Below are positions 1 to 12,757 of a stretch of 64,000 bases of DNA, piece after piece. This DNA comes from Zancudomyces culisetae HAW-14-8 (taxonomy: Eukaryota > Fungi > Kickxellomycota), in contig JBNJNM010000006.1 in NCBI GenBank assembly GCA_052426225.1, positions 2,542,001-2,606,000 of the forward strand, written 5' to 3'. The notes beneath the pieces were generated by a model, which saw only the letters and a program-made list of their open reading frames with translations, ran no database searches and was not told the DNA's origin. How positions within the stretch are numbered: the first letter of the stretch is position 1; every line of letters begins with the position of its first letter. A program made the translations under genes and the position numbers.

Positions 1-3000
1 CAAAATCGGTAGGTTGTTTCAGATGCTCATGCTGATTAAACTGTAGAGAACCCAACTGCTCGTAAAAGTCTGGAAACTCCAGCTTGACGTTACTGGGATG
101 AGCAGATGAAGACAGATTGTTATGTAGATCCAATATCGAGTGATTGAACACAGATTCGGGCTCTGTGGAAGTTAGATAGTCAGAAATAGCGTTTGTAAGG
201 ACAGTGTGTTGTTGTAGATTGGTGATTTGACTTTGAAAGTCTTCTAATTCTAGAGTTGTGTTTCTACTATTGCCACCATCATCGTCCAGTCCTACCCCCA
301 ACACATCCAAAGTAGCAGCTTCGCCTGTTGCTGTAATTCCAGAATCAAAGTTCTTGCCATGAAGTGTTTTGCTTAGGGCAGATCCATGCTGATTTGATGG
401 CTTTACAGTAGAAAGAGTATCTATTTCAGCTATGGTATAGTCAGCAAGACCGTTCAAATTGCTACCTTTTGACTGGAGACCAAAGCTCTTTGACATCAGC
501 TCTTTCAGTGTTCCCACATCAAAGCTGGCCCTACTTAAAGACAAACCAGCGGTGGAATCCCTCCGATTGCTGGTGGACAGGTTGGAATCCTTGAAACTTC
601 TCCCCAGTTTAGCAGCAATGGAGTTTTTTCCAGATTTGTTTTCGGAACGGCGAATTGTCTTTGAGTTGGGAAGTATCCCCTGTTTAGATAGTTTGGATTT
701 TAGGCTATCATTTTTTCCATTCAGCTTGGATGCACTGGAGTTAGATGAGTTTGGCGCAAAAAGATTTAACAGGCTTCTTTCCGGTAAGCTAGTACTAAGC
801 TGCTGAGCTATACTCATACCCTTGTAACCCCTTTCAAGTCTTTGTTGTTGAGTGTCTTGTGATTGTACAGAAGTGTCTGGTTTGTTCTTTCCTTTCCCAT
901 CACTACTCGAAGATTTTTCACTAGCTTGAGTACAGTTCTCAAGAAAATCGTAAAATGTCTCGTTTGAGCCAATGGATTTTTTGTTTATATGCGTACGGAC
1001 ATGTTGGTGCAGATTGTCCATTCTCGAAAATTCCTTTTCACATCCTTGAAGCGGACATTTGTATGGTCTTTCACCAGTGTGTGTGCGAATATGGCGTTTT
1101 AAATGTTCGTGTCTCTTGAACTGTTTGACACAGTTGGGATAGCCACACACATACCGCCTTCCATTTTCGTCTATTACGCTTCCCTCAAGCTGATTTATTA
1201 TTAGCGACTTGTTAGGAAGTTCCACAAGCAACAAGTGGTTGTCCATGCTTTTACTATTCTTCAGCACCTCATTTTGTAACTCCTCCAGCAACAATCTGCT
1301 GTTGGTTGTGAACCTGCTTTCTGCAGTTCCATCATCCTGGACTTTGTCTTCAAATACAGTGTTTGGTGTCAACGTTTTATTACTACTATTACTGCTGTTG
1401 TTGTTGGGATTGTTTTCCGGTGAGTCTGAGAGAATTGGATTTTTGTTTTTCAAGTATGGATGGAATCTTAAATTTTCCATTTCGGCCTGAAGTCCCAAAG
1501 GAAGAGAACCACCCCAACCCGATGGAATATCGGCATTTCGTTTATTCTTTTCACTTTTCCGCTGTGTATTACCTCTAGATTTTTCTGAGAAAGAACCGGT
1601 CTTTTGTGTGTCCATTTGGCCGTTTGAAAGAAACGAAAGGTTATCGTCTGTCCTAGCATTACTTTGTGGAGATGAGTTATATTTACCAGTAGAATCAAAA
1701 GTAACTTCAGAACTGCTTTGCGGTGAATATACGTCTTGCTCTAATTTGCTTAATATAGAATCCACTTTATTCGTCACGTTGGCCAAATTCAACACATTAG
1801 AGCTCTCATCATTTCCACTCCCATTGAGTTGAGAAAATGGATTCTGGTAAGCAATCTGTGCACCAGTAGCATTGAAATCAGAAGCACCTTTTAACGAGTC
1901 GACCAGCATTTCAAAAGTATAGTCATTAATAAGCGAGTCCTTGGTGTTCAAAAGATTCAAAACATCTGGATCGTTCATTGCACGAAGCTCTGGTGAATGT
2001 CGAGGAGTAGGTGTAGGCATAAACTTTTCATAATCCATCCTGCTACTTGACTGGATTCTTGCAGGTAGTTCCGAGATAAGTCCGCTCTCTAGTACTGGAA
2101 TTATATTTTTGTTTACACCAAAATGGCTTTGTAGATATAGTTGAAATTCATTTTTCAAAACATTGGCATCAACAGTCTTTTCGTGTTTGTTTCCATTATT
2201 ACATTCGTCATCATCGTCATCATCACCACCATCATCATCACCACCATTTACACTATCATCTCCAGTACCGTTCCCATTTTGATATGACCCATTCAACATT
2301 TTATGATCCCTATCCTCTTTTAGAGATGCTTCTGTTGATATTTTTTCAAGAGACTTTAACCCGTTTTGAATACTTTTTCTGCTACCGTCACCTTGTAAAT
2401 CGATAAGCTCGCCTTTGGGTAAACTAGAAAGAAAATGATTAAGATCAATTCCATTACTGCCGGCCTTATCTAAACCGCTCGCTACCAATGAATCAATATT
2501 ATTCATCTTGGCCAAGTCAAGCTTGATTTTGGAGCCAATTGTAAGAGGAAGTTCAATACCGCCTATATTAACCATCGCATTCTCCAATTCTGGGTTTTGT
2601 AGTTTCGTAGTTGGTTCTATTCCCATAGATTCGCGCTTCAAATCCCGTTCTAGCGCCTCTCTAAACAGTTGGTCGTGAGGAACAGAGTACCAATAAAAGA
2701 CCTTTTGTTTTTTCTGTGTTCTTACACAGTGGTTTCTATACAAAAGGTCTAGAAATTCCGATCGTGGTAATTCCAACCTTGCTCCATGCCCTGGTTTCAA
2801 ACTCCTTAAATCCGAAAACACACCTTCCTCAAATTTTTTGATATGAATCACATGGCGATGGATCTCCTCAAACCTGTGCACCAGTGAACGTATGATATCG
2901 GTGCTCGTGATGTAGTATTCCCCATCCCACCTTACGCATGATATGAACTCTCCGTTTCCAAGACGGAATTGTTTAATCGTCGCTCTGTCGGTTTTTATCG

Positions 3001-3184
3001 TGTTCTCTGCTTTACTTGAATCTAATATCTTGTTTTTTTCGTCTCTTTCTACTATCTTTGGTCCATTTTGTAGAAAAAACACAAGCGAATTGTTGACATC
3101 GGCATCAATCTCTGCTTGAGCATCCTCTTGTTGCGATACACTGCCATTTTCAGTGGTTTCCCGAATTTCCTTTGATAAACGCAT
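1..3184 (-). CDS. STE12: Ste12-like transcription factor (STE homeodomain plus two C2H2 zinc fingers); 3' end lies outside the window
   Basis: Translated by hand from ATG at 3184. It is absent from the ORF track, presumably because no stop falls in the window. STE domain (~2630-3090): [34 protein letters not shown]...[17 protein letters not shown]...[33 protein letters not shown]. In-frame tandem fingers (~989-1153): [55 protein letters not shown]. The same frame is open at positions 1-60. Confidence 0.93.
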   Translation of the reverse strand, partial: MRLSKEIRETTENGSVSQQEDAQAEIDADVNNSLVFFLQNGPKIVERDEKNKILDSSKAENTIKTDRATIKQFRLGNGEFISCVRWDGEYYITSTDIIRSLVHRFEEIHRHVIHIKKFEEGVFSDLRSLKPGHGARLELPRSEFLDLLYRNHCVRTQKKQKVFYWYSVPHDQLFREALERDLKRESMGIEPTTKLQNPELENAMVNIGGIELPLTIGSKIKLDLAKMNNIDSLVASGLDKAGSNGIDLNHFLSSLPKGELIDLQGDGSRKSIQNGLKSLEKISTEASLKEDRDHKMLNGSYQNGNGTGDDSVNGGDDDGGDDDDDDECNNGNKHEKTVDANVLKNEFQLYLQSHFGVNKNIIPVLESGLISELPARIQSSSRMDYEKFMPTPTPRHSPELRAMNDPDVLNLLNTKDSLINDYTFEMLVDSLKGASDFNATGAQIAYQNPFSQLNGSGNDESSNVLNLANVTNKVDSILSKLEQDVYSPQSSSEVTFDSTGKYNSSPQSNARTDDNLSFLSNGQMDTQKTGSFSEKSRGNTQRKSEKNKRNADIPSGWGGSLPLGLQAEMENLRFHPYLKNKNPILSDSPENNPNNNSSNSSNKTLTPNTVFEDKVQDDGTAESRFTTNSRLLLEELQNEVLKNSKSMDNHLLLVELPNKSLIINQLEGSVIDENGRRYVCGYPNCVKQFKRHEHLKRHIRTHTGERPYKCPLQGCEKEFSRMDNLHQHVRTHINKKSIGSNETFYDFLENCTQASEKSSSSDGKGKNKPDTSVQSQDTQQQRLERGYKGMSIAQQLSTSLPERSLLNLFAPNSSNSSASKLNGKNDSLKSKLSKQGILPNSKTIRRSENKSGKNSIAAKLGRSFKDSNLSTSNRRDSTAGLSLSRASFDVGTLKELMSKSFGLQSKGSNLNGLADYTIAEIDTLSTVKPSNQHGSALSKTLHGKNFDSGITATGEAATLDVLGVGLDDDGGNSRNTTLELEDFQSQITNLQQHTVLTNAISDYLTSTEPESVFNHSILDLHNNLSSSAHPSNVKLEFPDFYEQLGSLQFNQHEHLKQPTDF

Positions 3185-5576
3185 TATTAATTTTAGAATC
3201 GTTGAATTTTATTTGCCACTTCTGTTGCTGTTACTACTGTCACTGTTACTACTGTCACCAAATGTACTGTTGTCGCTTTTGATTTTGCTGTATTTTTTTT
3301 AAGACCCAACAGATATAGCTATAAATTAAACTTTTCGAACCAAAAAAAAAATCGTACTTGGTGAAACAAAGCTCCCTTGATATCAAGAATGGATTTTTTA
3401 TATATGTAGAAATATACTCTATCTTTCTTTTTCCAATTGAATTATCGTTGCTTTCACAAGATTAGTAATCTCCTTTTCTATTTATACTCAACTATGGCTG
3501 TCCTTGATCTATACCTGATTAAAGCTTGAAAAATGCTATGTGTTTTAGATAATAAAAAAAAGAGTATCCGAATGTTAGCAAAGAAATACAATCACATAAA
3601 TATGAATCAAGTAGCAGGTATTATTAACGACCAAGAACTTGAGAAAGTAGCACACGAAATATATATAAAAAAGGTCACAAAACCTTACTTACCCTGTTCA
3701 CGTCTTCACTTCAGGTCAATCTAAGATTTTTCCTTGGATCCAGTATGCTTTTATGCTAAAAAGTGCTATTTTTTTATCTTGATAGGCTAAACCAAAACGC
3801 CACTTATTTCTTGGTTCTGGTTTTAGTTCTAGTTCTGGTGCTGGTGCTGGTGCTGATGTTGTTTCGATTATCTTGAGTACTAGCTCAATATTATATTGGT
3901 TAATTAACAAATCCTCTGGTCTACAGGATATTAAAACAATCTAATTGTATTATGGAAAGACGATATAAAGCATTCGAATACAAGTATTTTTTTTAATTTT
4001 ACAGGCAAAGCTAAAGTCAAAAGAACCAGTATCGAACGAAATTATTCAACTCGAAAAGTTCAAAATTTACCTCTTGAGCGTTCGTAGTCGAGATATGCAA
4101 GTATTAAACGCTGTGATCCGGGCTGATATTTGGAGTTTCTGTATAATAATAACGTGATATCACAGTAGCACGCTCGCTTAAAACCGTAGCACGTTGACTT
4201 AATTTCCTTTTCGTGGGAAGAGGGGAAGGGAGGGTTTCTTGCTTTTCTTCTATGGACTGGTCGTTATATTCGCCCAAATCCTCGTTCACAAAGAAGCCCA
4301 AGGTTTCTTTTTTTCTTTATTTAAAATGCAGAACCTTTATATCTGATAACTGTTATAATGTAAATAAGGTATTTCGTTGTTTAATCTGTATACCAGTCAT
4401 TAGTACAGTAAATACAGTAATACAGTTTAGGTTTATAGTGTTTGTTAGTTTATTTTTTGCCTCCTCTTTTGTTTATGGTCAAATACAATATTAAAAAAGC
4501 GTAAACAAAAGTAGTGTGTTAAGAAATTACAAAAAAGAGATGTTATATACTCCACGATTATCTGTATAACTAATACCAAGTTCGTTTTTAAACCTCTGAA
4601 TATTGAAAAACTAAAAAGTTTACATAAATCCTTATCATCATTTCAAAATTCGAGGGCTTTACTTTTTCTTTTTTAAACAGAACGTTTTTATGAACAAATA
4701 GAGCTCTCTACCTGTTTATTTTTTGGGCGAGTTCCTATGAGTGAAGGCAAAATACAACAAATTGGGTCCATGCTTTTTAGATGAATTTAGTACATTCTTC
4801 AAAATCATAGGCTGTAGGTATCTATGCGAATTATTTTCTTAATCTGAAAATGACCCATGATTTGAGCATATTGCTGAATCCCAACCCGAAATGCTCTAAA
4901 CGCACAAAAGAGAATACACTGTTATTAATCACCGGCAGTTTTAGTTGGTATCTATAACCTTAGTCTTCCAATGCTTATGCCCTATTGAAAAATATCACAT
5001 TTTCCGCTATTTTTTCTATTACATAAGCTTTTATAGCAGTATTAATAAAATCAAATAATATTATTTTTTGATAAATAATACGAATCAAATATCGCAACTA
5101 AATTGGTGGAATTGAAAATTCTGTAAATGGAAATTTATTTACACAGAAATTTTACCACCGAAAAATAAAACAAAATTGATATTATATGTGTAATACCTTT
5201 ATGTCATGGTTGTTCTTGTGTAGCATTTCCAATGCTCTTATTGGAGTTGACCTATTCAATTTTGAAGCTCATGACAAATTGTACAATTACAAAAGTGCAG
5301 AACAATTCTTCTTGCTGTAATTGGTGGCATGCTTTTAACCACCTATATAGTGAATGTATTAGTGAAAAACAAAGATAAACATCCAGGCCTTATGGCAAAC
5401 CACACCATCCTGCCACCAATCGGCGGCAAAAAAAAAAGGCTCAACACTGGGCAAATCCAAATATGTTTTTCATCTTGATGAGTTGGCAAAGTTGGATTAT
5501 AGATTTGCCCAGTATGTATAATACAAATGAAGATAGCATTTGCCAAAACCTGCTGTGCCAGTTGATCAATCGATAA

Positions 5577-5616
5577 GGGGGAGAGGGAGAGAGGGGGGAG
5601 GGGAAGAGACGAGGGG
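5577..5616 (+). other. G-rich purine tract with G-quadruplex-forming potential
   Basis: ggggg-aga-ggg-agaga-gggggg-a-gggg-aagagacga-gggg: five runs of three or more G in AT-rich intergenic DNA. A similar tract lies at 4215-4234. Confidence 0.6.
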
Positions 5617-8227
5617 ATATAACACTAGATGGAAAGTTTGTTGTTATTTATTTATACTGTTGTCTTTTTTATTTCCCTTATTTTGATATATCAGTGTTTT
5701 AAATGACCAGCACTTTGAAAATAACATGATTATGATACCTTCTGCCTACCCTTTTGCTCTATATTCGAAATAGCACTCTTCTTCACATCAAAACACCTCC
5801 CCCATCTTTCTCTAAGTGACCATTGGAGGGGCTCTAACAGCCATATAATGTTATAATTAAGCTGAGATACGAGAGATCTAACAAACTCTAGAAAGTATAG
5901 GCGTGTGTTACTTTATTTCTGCTTTTGACTTTCATTGCCTATATCTACCTTCCAATGTATGAACAGAAGATTCTCATATTGACTTTTGAATAATAACCAT
6001 AAACAAGACTATTACTGGAATTAGAACACTGTTTTGCGAATAGATGAACATCAACACTAAAACTTTTTTCAACTATTGCGAGATTGTTACTTTACCACTA
6101 AAATCCAACGCCTTAATCAGAACATTGCGTGAAATATTGCTTTTGGGTTACTATGGGAGTGAGGTGGAGTGTAATTTGAAAACGCGTCAATCTCAAATCA
6201 TAAAAGCCAGTCCTTGATTATGGTTTCCCAGGAAAACGAGCACGCCTCTGGTATCGGAGATTTTATTGTGGAAGGTTACATGTAGAGGAGGGGTTTTCAA
6301 AATTATTGGCCTTGAATCTGCTATTTTCTTGAATTAAACTTTCGTCTTTTACCAAATTGAGAAAATAATGGTGGAGTATTTAACCACTTAAGTGAAAATT
6401 TTTGTGAAAAAAATTAAATCGTAAATTGTAAGTAATGTCATCGAAATTAAAAAGAACATAATAGTCAATCGACAGCTAATAAATACAATCTGTTTAGTTC
6501 ACGGTGATTTACTAAGCAACACTATTTAATGCCAGTCAATTCTCAAAAGTTTGTACCAATAATTACTCCAACTATTATATTTATTCACGCAATATGGCTT
6601 CGACCATTCTTCTATTTCACATCTTGAAAAATTATATCAGTTTGAAAAAGCACTACAAATCCCGCTTCCTAGCTATATCTGTCGGCTATTTGTCCCCCTC
6701 CCACCAATCTTTAATTTCACCATGAACCCATCAGCTTTGGTGGAATAAACAAATTCTTAAAAGCTATGTGTATATTTATAAAAAGGCTAATTCACATTGT
6801 GTTACACCAAAAAAAATAATTATGAAAAGCATCTTCCTTCAGAAAAAAAAATAGTGGCCTTTGACTGGAAAGTTTATCTCTAAAATTCATACTAAGCACA
6901 CTTGTCATACACTCATGCGCTCCAATAAAGCCTAAGCCTGGGAAGCCGGTACAAGTACTAACAAGAATAAAATAAGCTGGAGAACAGCAAAGGTAGGTTA
7001 AATAGTTTCAGGTAAAACATCAAAAACGAGTATGTTTCCACATTTTCAACATCCGGCCAGCTCAAGCAATGCAAATTATAGGTGGTTTAATCTAATCCTC
7101 GATGTTCAATAAAAATCAGTGAATTAAATTACAGCAATATTAATGGTGCCAAAGTTTGTGTAACTATTACGTGTATATTGAATCTCGACCATTAAGTTAA
7201 TAGGGCTTTTTTTTTTACTTTTTCAAAAACTAAGGGCAGCTTATAAAAAATAACTACAATTATTGAAATTAAATGTTTGCATTTAGAAACTGCGAATATT
7301 AGGCACACCAATAATCGAATGAATGCACTCCATAATCGTATTTGAAATATTCTTGGGAAATCGACACGGAAAATAAATATAATGCTAGTAGGTTTGCTCC
7401 CATTGGTCTATTCAAATTTCAATCTCTTATTTTGGATGCACACAACAAAAGACACAATAAATAGCAGCTTTGATGGTATATTTTTGTGGTGAGTGTCAGG
7501 TATTTCCTCATCAAACAAGCAAAGCACAAAAAAAGAAAAACTACCACCTGCTTTTGAAAAAAAAAGCTCAAGTAATACTAAACGATACACAAACTATCTC
7601 TATGTGATTTTGTCTATAATTTCATTCCGTTTAATAAAACAAGAATAGATTTTGGTTCACCTAACCCACCATCCTCTACTCCATTTTTAAATGCTTTTTT
7701 ATGTTGAGCTCATACTAAAGTATCACAGGTAGTAAAAATAGAACACAAACGCCATACAGTTTCCCTTTTAATGGATGTTTGAAACAGTGATTTGCTAGCT
7801 ATAATTTTGTGTATCCTTGAGAATTCATTTTAGATGAGTGAAATACTGTAGCAGAAAAGTGGTTTAGCTCTGGTCTCAACATAATATTGAGTGAAATTGC
7901 CTGGTTTATGGACACTCTCTCATTGCAGCGCCATAACTTGACCTTACATTATTTACCCTTGACAGTTACAGTTTTAGTACACAAATATTTATTAATACAT
8001 TTAGATTTTTAAATAAACGAAATGATTCAATGCTGAACATATCTCAAAAAAACCCTTGAAAAAGTTGGCTGTTTTTAACAACTTTATTTATGGGATTCTT
8101 CAATAATCGCCAATAATGGAATTACCACAAATTCAAAATAGCCAAAAACCTTATAATCTAAAACGTGCAACAACCAAAGTATAACCGTTTTCAACAAGCT
8201 ATTACAGGTCAACAGTTAAGTATGAGA

Positions 8228-8270
8228 TAAAAATAAAAACAAAAATAAAAACAAAAATAAAAACAAAATA
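8228..8270 (+). repeat. (AAAAATAAAAAC)n simple repeat
   Basis: aaaaataaaaacaaaaataaaaacaaaaataaaaacaaaata. Confidence 0.8.
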
Positions 8271-8897
8271 TTGATAAATGTAGAACTCGTACTCCATAAA
8301 GTCGTAATATGCCTTTCCTTGTTTTTAACTTTTATCTAACTTGAAAGCTAACTACAGCTGTATTATTCCATAAACCTTATAATATAATAATTGCTAGCAC
8401 GACTAGTATTACATTACTTGCATGCTTTTTGCGAGTATTTTTTTCGATCACTTTTGTTATCGATTATTCTACAAAAAGTAAATAAATAAAATAAAATGAA
8501 ATAAATAAAGGATGCACAGACCAAATTACCACATTCATGAGTCGTTATACTAAGAAACACTTTAATAAATCATTCTGGAGAGTATAGCGGGATCATATTA
8601 TTCCGAAATTAAACAACTATCGGATTAAGTATCGCCTTTGCGTTCATAGCCAAATAAACGAGAAAAATTAGTAGACAAAACCAAAACAAACTGCTTCACA
8701 AGCACTATGGTGACCGGATTAATACTTGTTTCATATTTTCTACAAGATCATGTCATATTTGGTATCTCGATCTTTAAGGAGCAAATTGCAAATAGATTTT
8801 CAAACGCTTTATCCCCAGGAATAAAAAAATAGACGATGTCTTTTGCTATGCAACTGAGAACCAACGATCGAATTTAGGATTTATACATCTACAAAAT

Positions 8898-11048
8898 CTA
8901 ATAGAAATCGAATAAGTATTTGTTCAGGTCAAAGTTAATGCTGGTACTAATACTACTGGCAAATTCGTATCCGAAATTGCACTTATACTTGATGTTTTCT
9001 AGAGTATCATAGCTGGATGTGCGAATTAATAGTTTCAGCGTTACAAGTGTAGATAGTTGAGAATACACATCAACAGCGGGTATAGGTTTCTGGTCTAGAA
9101 TATTGTACATTATAGCAAGCATTCTACTAAGCGTAAATGATTTTGGCCCCAATAGCTGCTGGCGAATCTATTTTTAATAACATTTCCATCGTATTACTAA
9201 GTAAAAGACCAACAATAGATTTGATGTAGATTCGTTTCAAGTAAGTGTAAAGAAAAAAAAAAATAGATTTACCTTTAACCCACCCTTTGAACCATTTCGT
9301 TTAACTATCCCACCTCTAGATTTTTTTTCAGAGAATTTAGCAAAATACTGCATATCCAAACGAGCAGGATTGTACGAAGAAATAAAGGATGAAACAAGTA
9401 TATACTTTGTCGTATGCGGATATTCCTGTATATCTTTTTACAAAATAGTTGAAAAATAGATAAAGGTGACATTAGTACATCTTTTAGCCAAGATTGCTAC
9501 AAAAACACTAAACAGGTAAAATGAACCGACAATACTTATATATGCAAATAAAAGTTATGTAAAAGTTACCTGTTCCCGCCGCCATATTAGTGATAGATTG
9601 GTAAATTAAATCGGGGTCGTTCTTTGCTGATGCGACAAGCGATTTCGTTTGCCACTCGCTGCTCGAAATATCTCGAAGAAACAGCTTCTCTACTGCTGAA
9701 ACAAAGTATGGTTGACATAGTTTGTACAGTCTGGCAGTTTCGTGTCTAGTTGCTATTTTTACATGGAAAAAAAAATTGGGAAATGTAAATAAACCAAGTA
9801 ATTAGCTAAACGATCAATGAATATAATAAAAACGTCGGCTATATACAAAGTAAAACCCAAATGCTCGGGTATGACACAAGGAGTATTGATTAATAGGGGA
9901 AAAAATATTCATAGTGGATACACACCTTGTTTTTCGAATACCGGTTGGACATACTTTGGATAAAGAAGAATGACGAGCCTTTTTAGCTCAGTTAGGTTGT
10001 TACAGTTTCGATGAAATGTTTCGTAAATCGAGTCTGCAAAGTTTTTAAAAAACCATTGTGGTTCGTCTGTGGGACAGTTTAACTCCAATATCTGCACTAT
10101 CTCCGATTTGGTATACCGAGGAAAATGTACAAATATTGGCTCTGTGTATGATCCTAATGGCGGCCTGATGCTTTCCCAAGGTATTTGACTAATCAGTACT
10201 ACATGAAAATCTATCTAAAATCAAAAATAAGAAAAACGCAAAGTTAGTACCGACATTAACGTATTATCTTGAGTTAATATAGAATAATTCAACATAACAA
10301 ATACCTCTTGTGTCAGCTGTAATAGTGATGGTAAAAAATGAGGCCCAAAACCTCGTATTCTTTCTGCATTATCTATAATCTAATGTATATATAAACTTTA
10401 TAAAGTAAATTCCGTAAAAAGACACATTCACTCTAGTTGTAGCAAAATCAAAAAGAGATAATGAACCATGTCCGGCTGTTGAACAAAAAAAAGATATAAA
10501 ATGTTTTCATACCATCATTTTTTTATTTGCCCTAAGCTCTGGTCTCCCTAACATCAGCTCATAAAAATCTGTCACGTTTTCGCATTTTAACTTTGTTTTT
10601 AAGTCTTTTGATTCTGATTGAATAGACGCTACCCATCTTTGAATAGTTTTTTCTAGCAAATTCTTTGGGTAAAGGCATTCGATACAGTTAACAAGTGACA
10701 ATAAAATTCTGGGATCCTCATTTTCTGCAGGTTCAACGCTGGTTTCAACAAGTTCCATTATTCTACTCATTATACTTGTTTTTCCTGTGGCTGACTGACC
10801 TTGTATATATATAAAAGGTGGTGAATAATTTCGACCCTGTTACAAAGTAAAACAATTCAAACTTTTTATTATTGAAATCATTTAGAGTTTTCAGATTCTT
10901 TATTTTTAACAAGAAAATAATACGTGTAAATGATAAAAGTATAAACTGAGAGTGATGTATTTCTTACATTTCCTATGTACTTGGTTAGTGTCGCGATCTG
11001 TTGTTCCCTACCCGGAAATGCAGTTTGTAAAGTACTCACAATTTCCAT
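8898..11048 (-). CDS. ORC5: Origin recognition complex subunit 5 (about 7 exons)
   Basis: Approximate exons: 11048-10968, 10836-10513, 10379-10305, 10214-9926, 9752-9570, ~9433-9273, ~9167-8898, with GT-AG boundaries. Motifs: N-terminal FPGREQQI, Walker A IYIQGQSATGKT, IIDNAERIR, VHFPRYTKSE, SSFISSYNPARLD, C-terminal QLLGPKSFTLSRMLAI...YKCN. Confidence 0.9.
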
Positions 11049-12757
11049 CGTATTCGGCTTGATACTTTATTCGTAGGATTATACAATTCTTGAAGTTTAG
11101 AAGCATGAAATTGATTCAAAGCAGGTGTCCGTATAATTAAATTAAATTTGGTTGCCGGAATCTTAGGTTTTTGTTATGTTCTTATTTCAACGAGGGAGTT
11201 TGATGTTGGAGGAAATTTGGTATCTTGAATTTTTTTCGATTTTTTTCGATTTGTTTCTGTTTTTTATAAATAAATAAAATAGAAACTAACATAAACCAAT
11301 TAAACGTGCAAGTAATTGGATATCTTTGTTTACAATAAAAAATGCCAACAGAAAACACATTCACATGATTCAAAGGAGGAAACTCTGCTTTACGTTTGAA
11401 AACAGATATAAAGTTCAGTCTGGACTAAGGCACCAGACAAAGGCAAAACTAGACGATTAGTCAACTCGATGTTAGTTCTGAAATAAACTGAAATTGTGCT
11501 GCTGAGACACTATTTATGCGAATTATTTTTAGAAAGTGGATGCGTTAGTGAGATAAAGATATTCAATATATAAAGATTATTTGTGATAGATAAGTGGTAG
11601 TAAGCGCAAAAAGTCTTTATTAAAAAAATCGAAAAGTTATGACTAGCTATTGGCAGAGCAAAGCAAATTTGTTTATTACTGTTTATTCATTCAAATATGG
11701 AGTTGTGAGAATGTATAGAGATATGGCTGGCTAAAAAAATGTATACAACCAAAAGTGAATGGACAAAAAATAACAGACCAGCGAGATAAAGGCATAGTTA
11801 ATAAAAGCATTCTCGTCCCAAATCTATGCTTTGAATTGAAATTGACGAACTAGTGGGTATTTGGTAACAATTTATAGCGACATGTACAAACCCTTCTAAA
11901 CCATAACTATCATGACTAGAAAACTAAAAAAAAGTATTTTATATTCTCGGATGTGAAGAAGTAAAAAAAAAAGCCTCCTAGTAGAGCAGCAATGAGTTGG
12001 GCAGCACAATAATATTATTTTAGAGGAACAGTAGGTAGGTGATACCACTCTTTGGCAAATTATGTGGCTTTTTTCTTTTTATCTTTTTTGCATCAAATAA
12101 CAAATGATGCCGATCTCGGACCACATTCACTCTTTCGCAATAGTATGGCGACATGAAAAGTCGTGGTAAAGACCACGAATGTAAATTCCGGAAAAGAATT
12201 GAAGGGTGATGCTATTGGTGCATAAAAACGAACTTTTTTATTAAATTTTCATAAGCAAACTTTAGTTTGGCGCAAATCAACAAATAAATGGATTGTTGGG
12301 CTTGTCTCTGACCCCAAAAAAAGGAATGTTTTTTTATATTTCCCAGCCCACCACCGAGCATGTGAAAAATACGATTTTCCAGTAATTTAATTGTGTAAGT
12401 TGGGCTAGACATGAACTTTGAAGTCAGGTTGAAGACAAAGCAATAGCAATTATAAATATACCTTTAAAAGAAAACTTTGGAACTATACATTTAAGCACCC
12501 CTTCTGTACACATACAGTTATTAGGTCAATACAGAACTGAGGGATACAAAACACGAAATACGGGATAAAGCCGTATATAGCGAGGTGAGAAAAAAAAAGA
12601 AAAATACAGTATATTAATATTAATTTTTTTGTATATGCCGTATTGAAGTTTCATTTAGGAAATAAAAACAAACTAATTGTTTTAAAATAGAATTCGAAAC
12701 CATAGTGATTATAAAACAAAGCGAGTAAAAAACTTTAAAAAGAATAACAAGTGGATA

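Noticed and set aside
459-1832. Several short ORFs in the track (115, 93, 71, 76, 74 aa)
   Set aside because: They are antisense or off-frame shadows of the long STE12-like reading frame.
3362-8734. TGAAACA pheromone-response-element matches upstream of STE12 (3362, 7780, and reverse at ~8728)
   Set aside because: About three scattered hits in 5.7 kb of AT-rich DNA is close to chance expectation, and they are not clustered.
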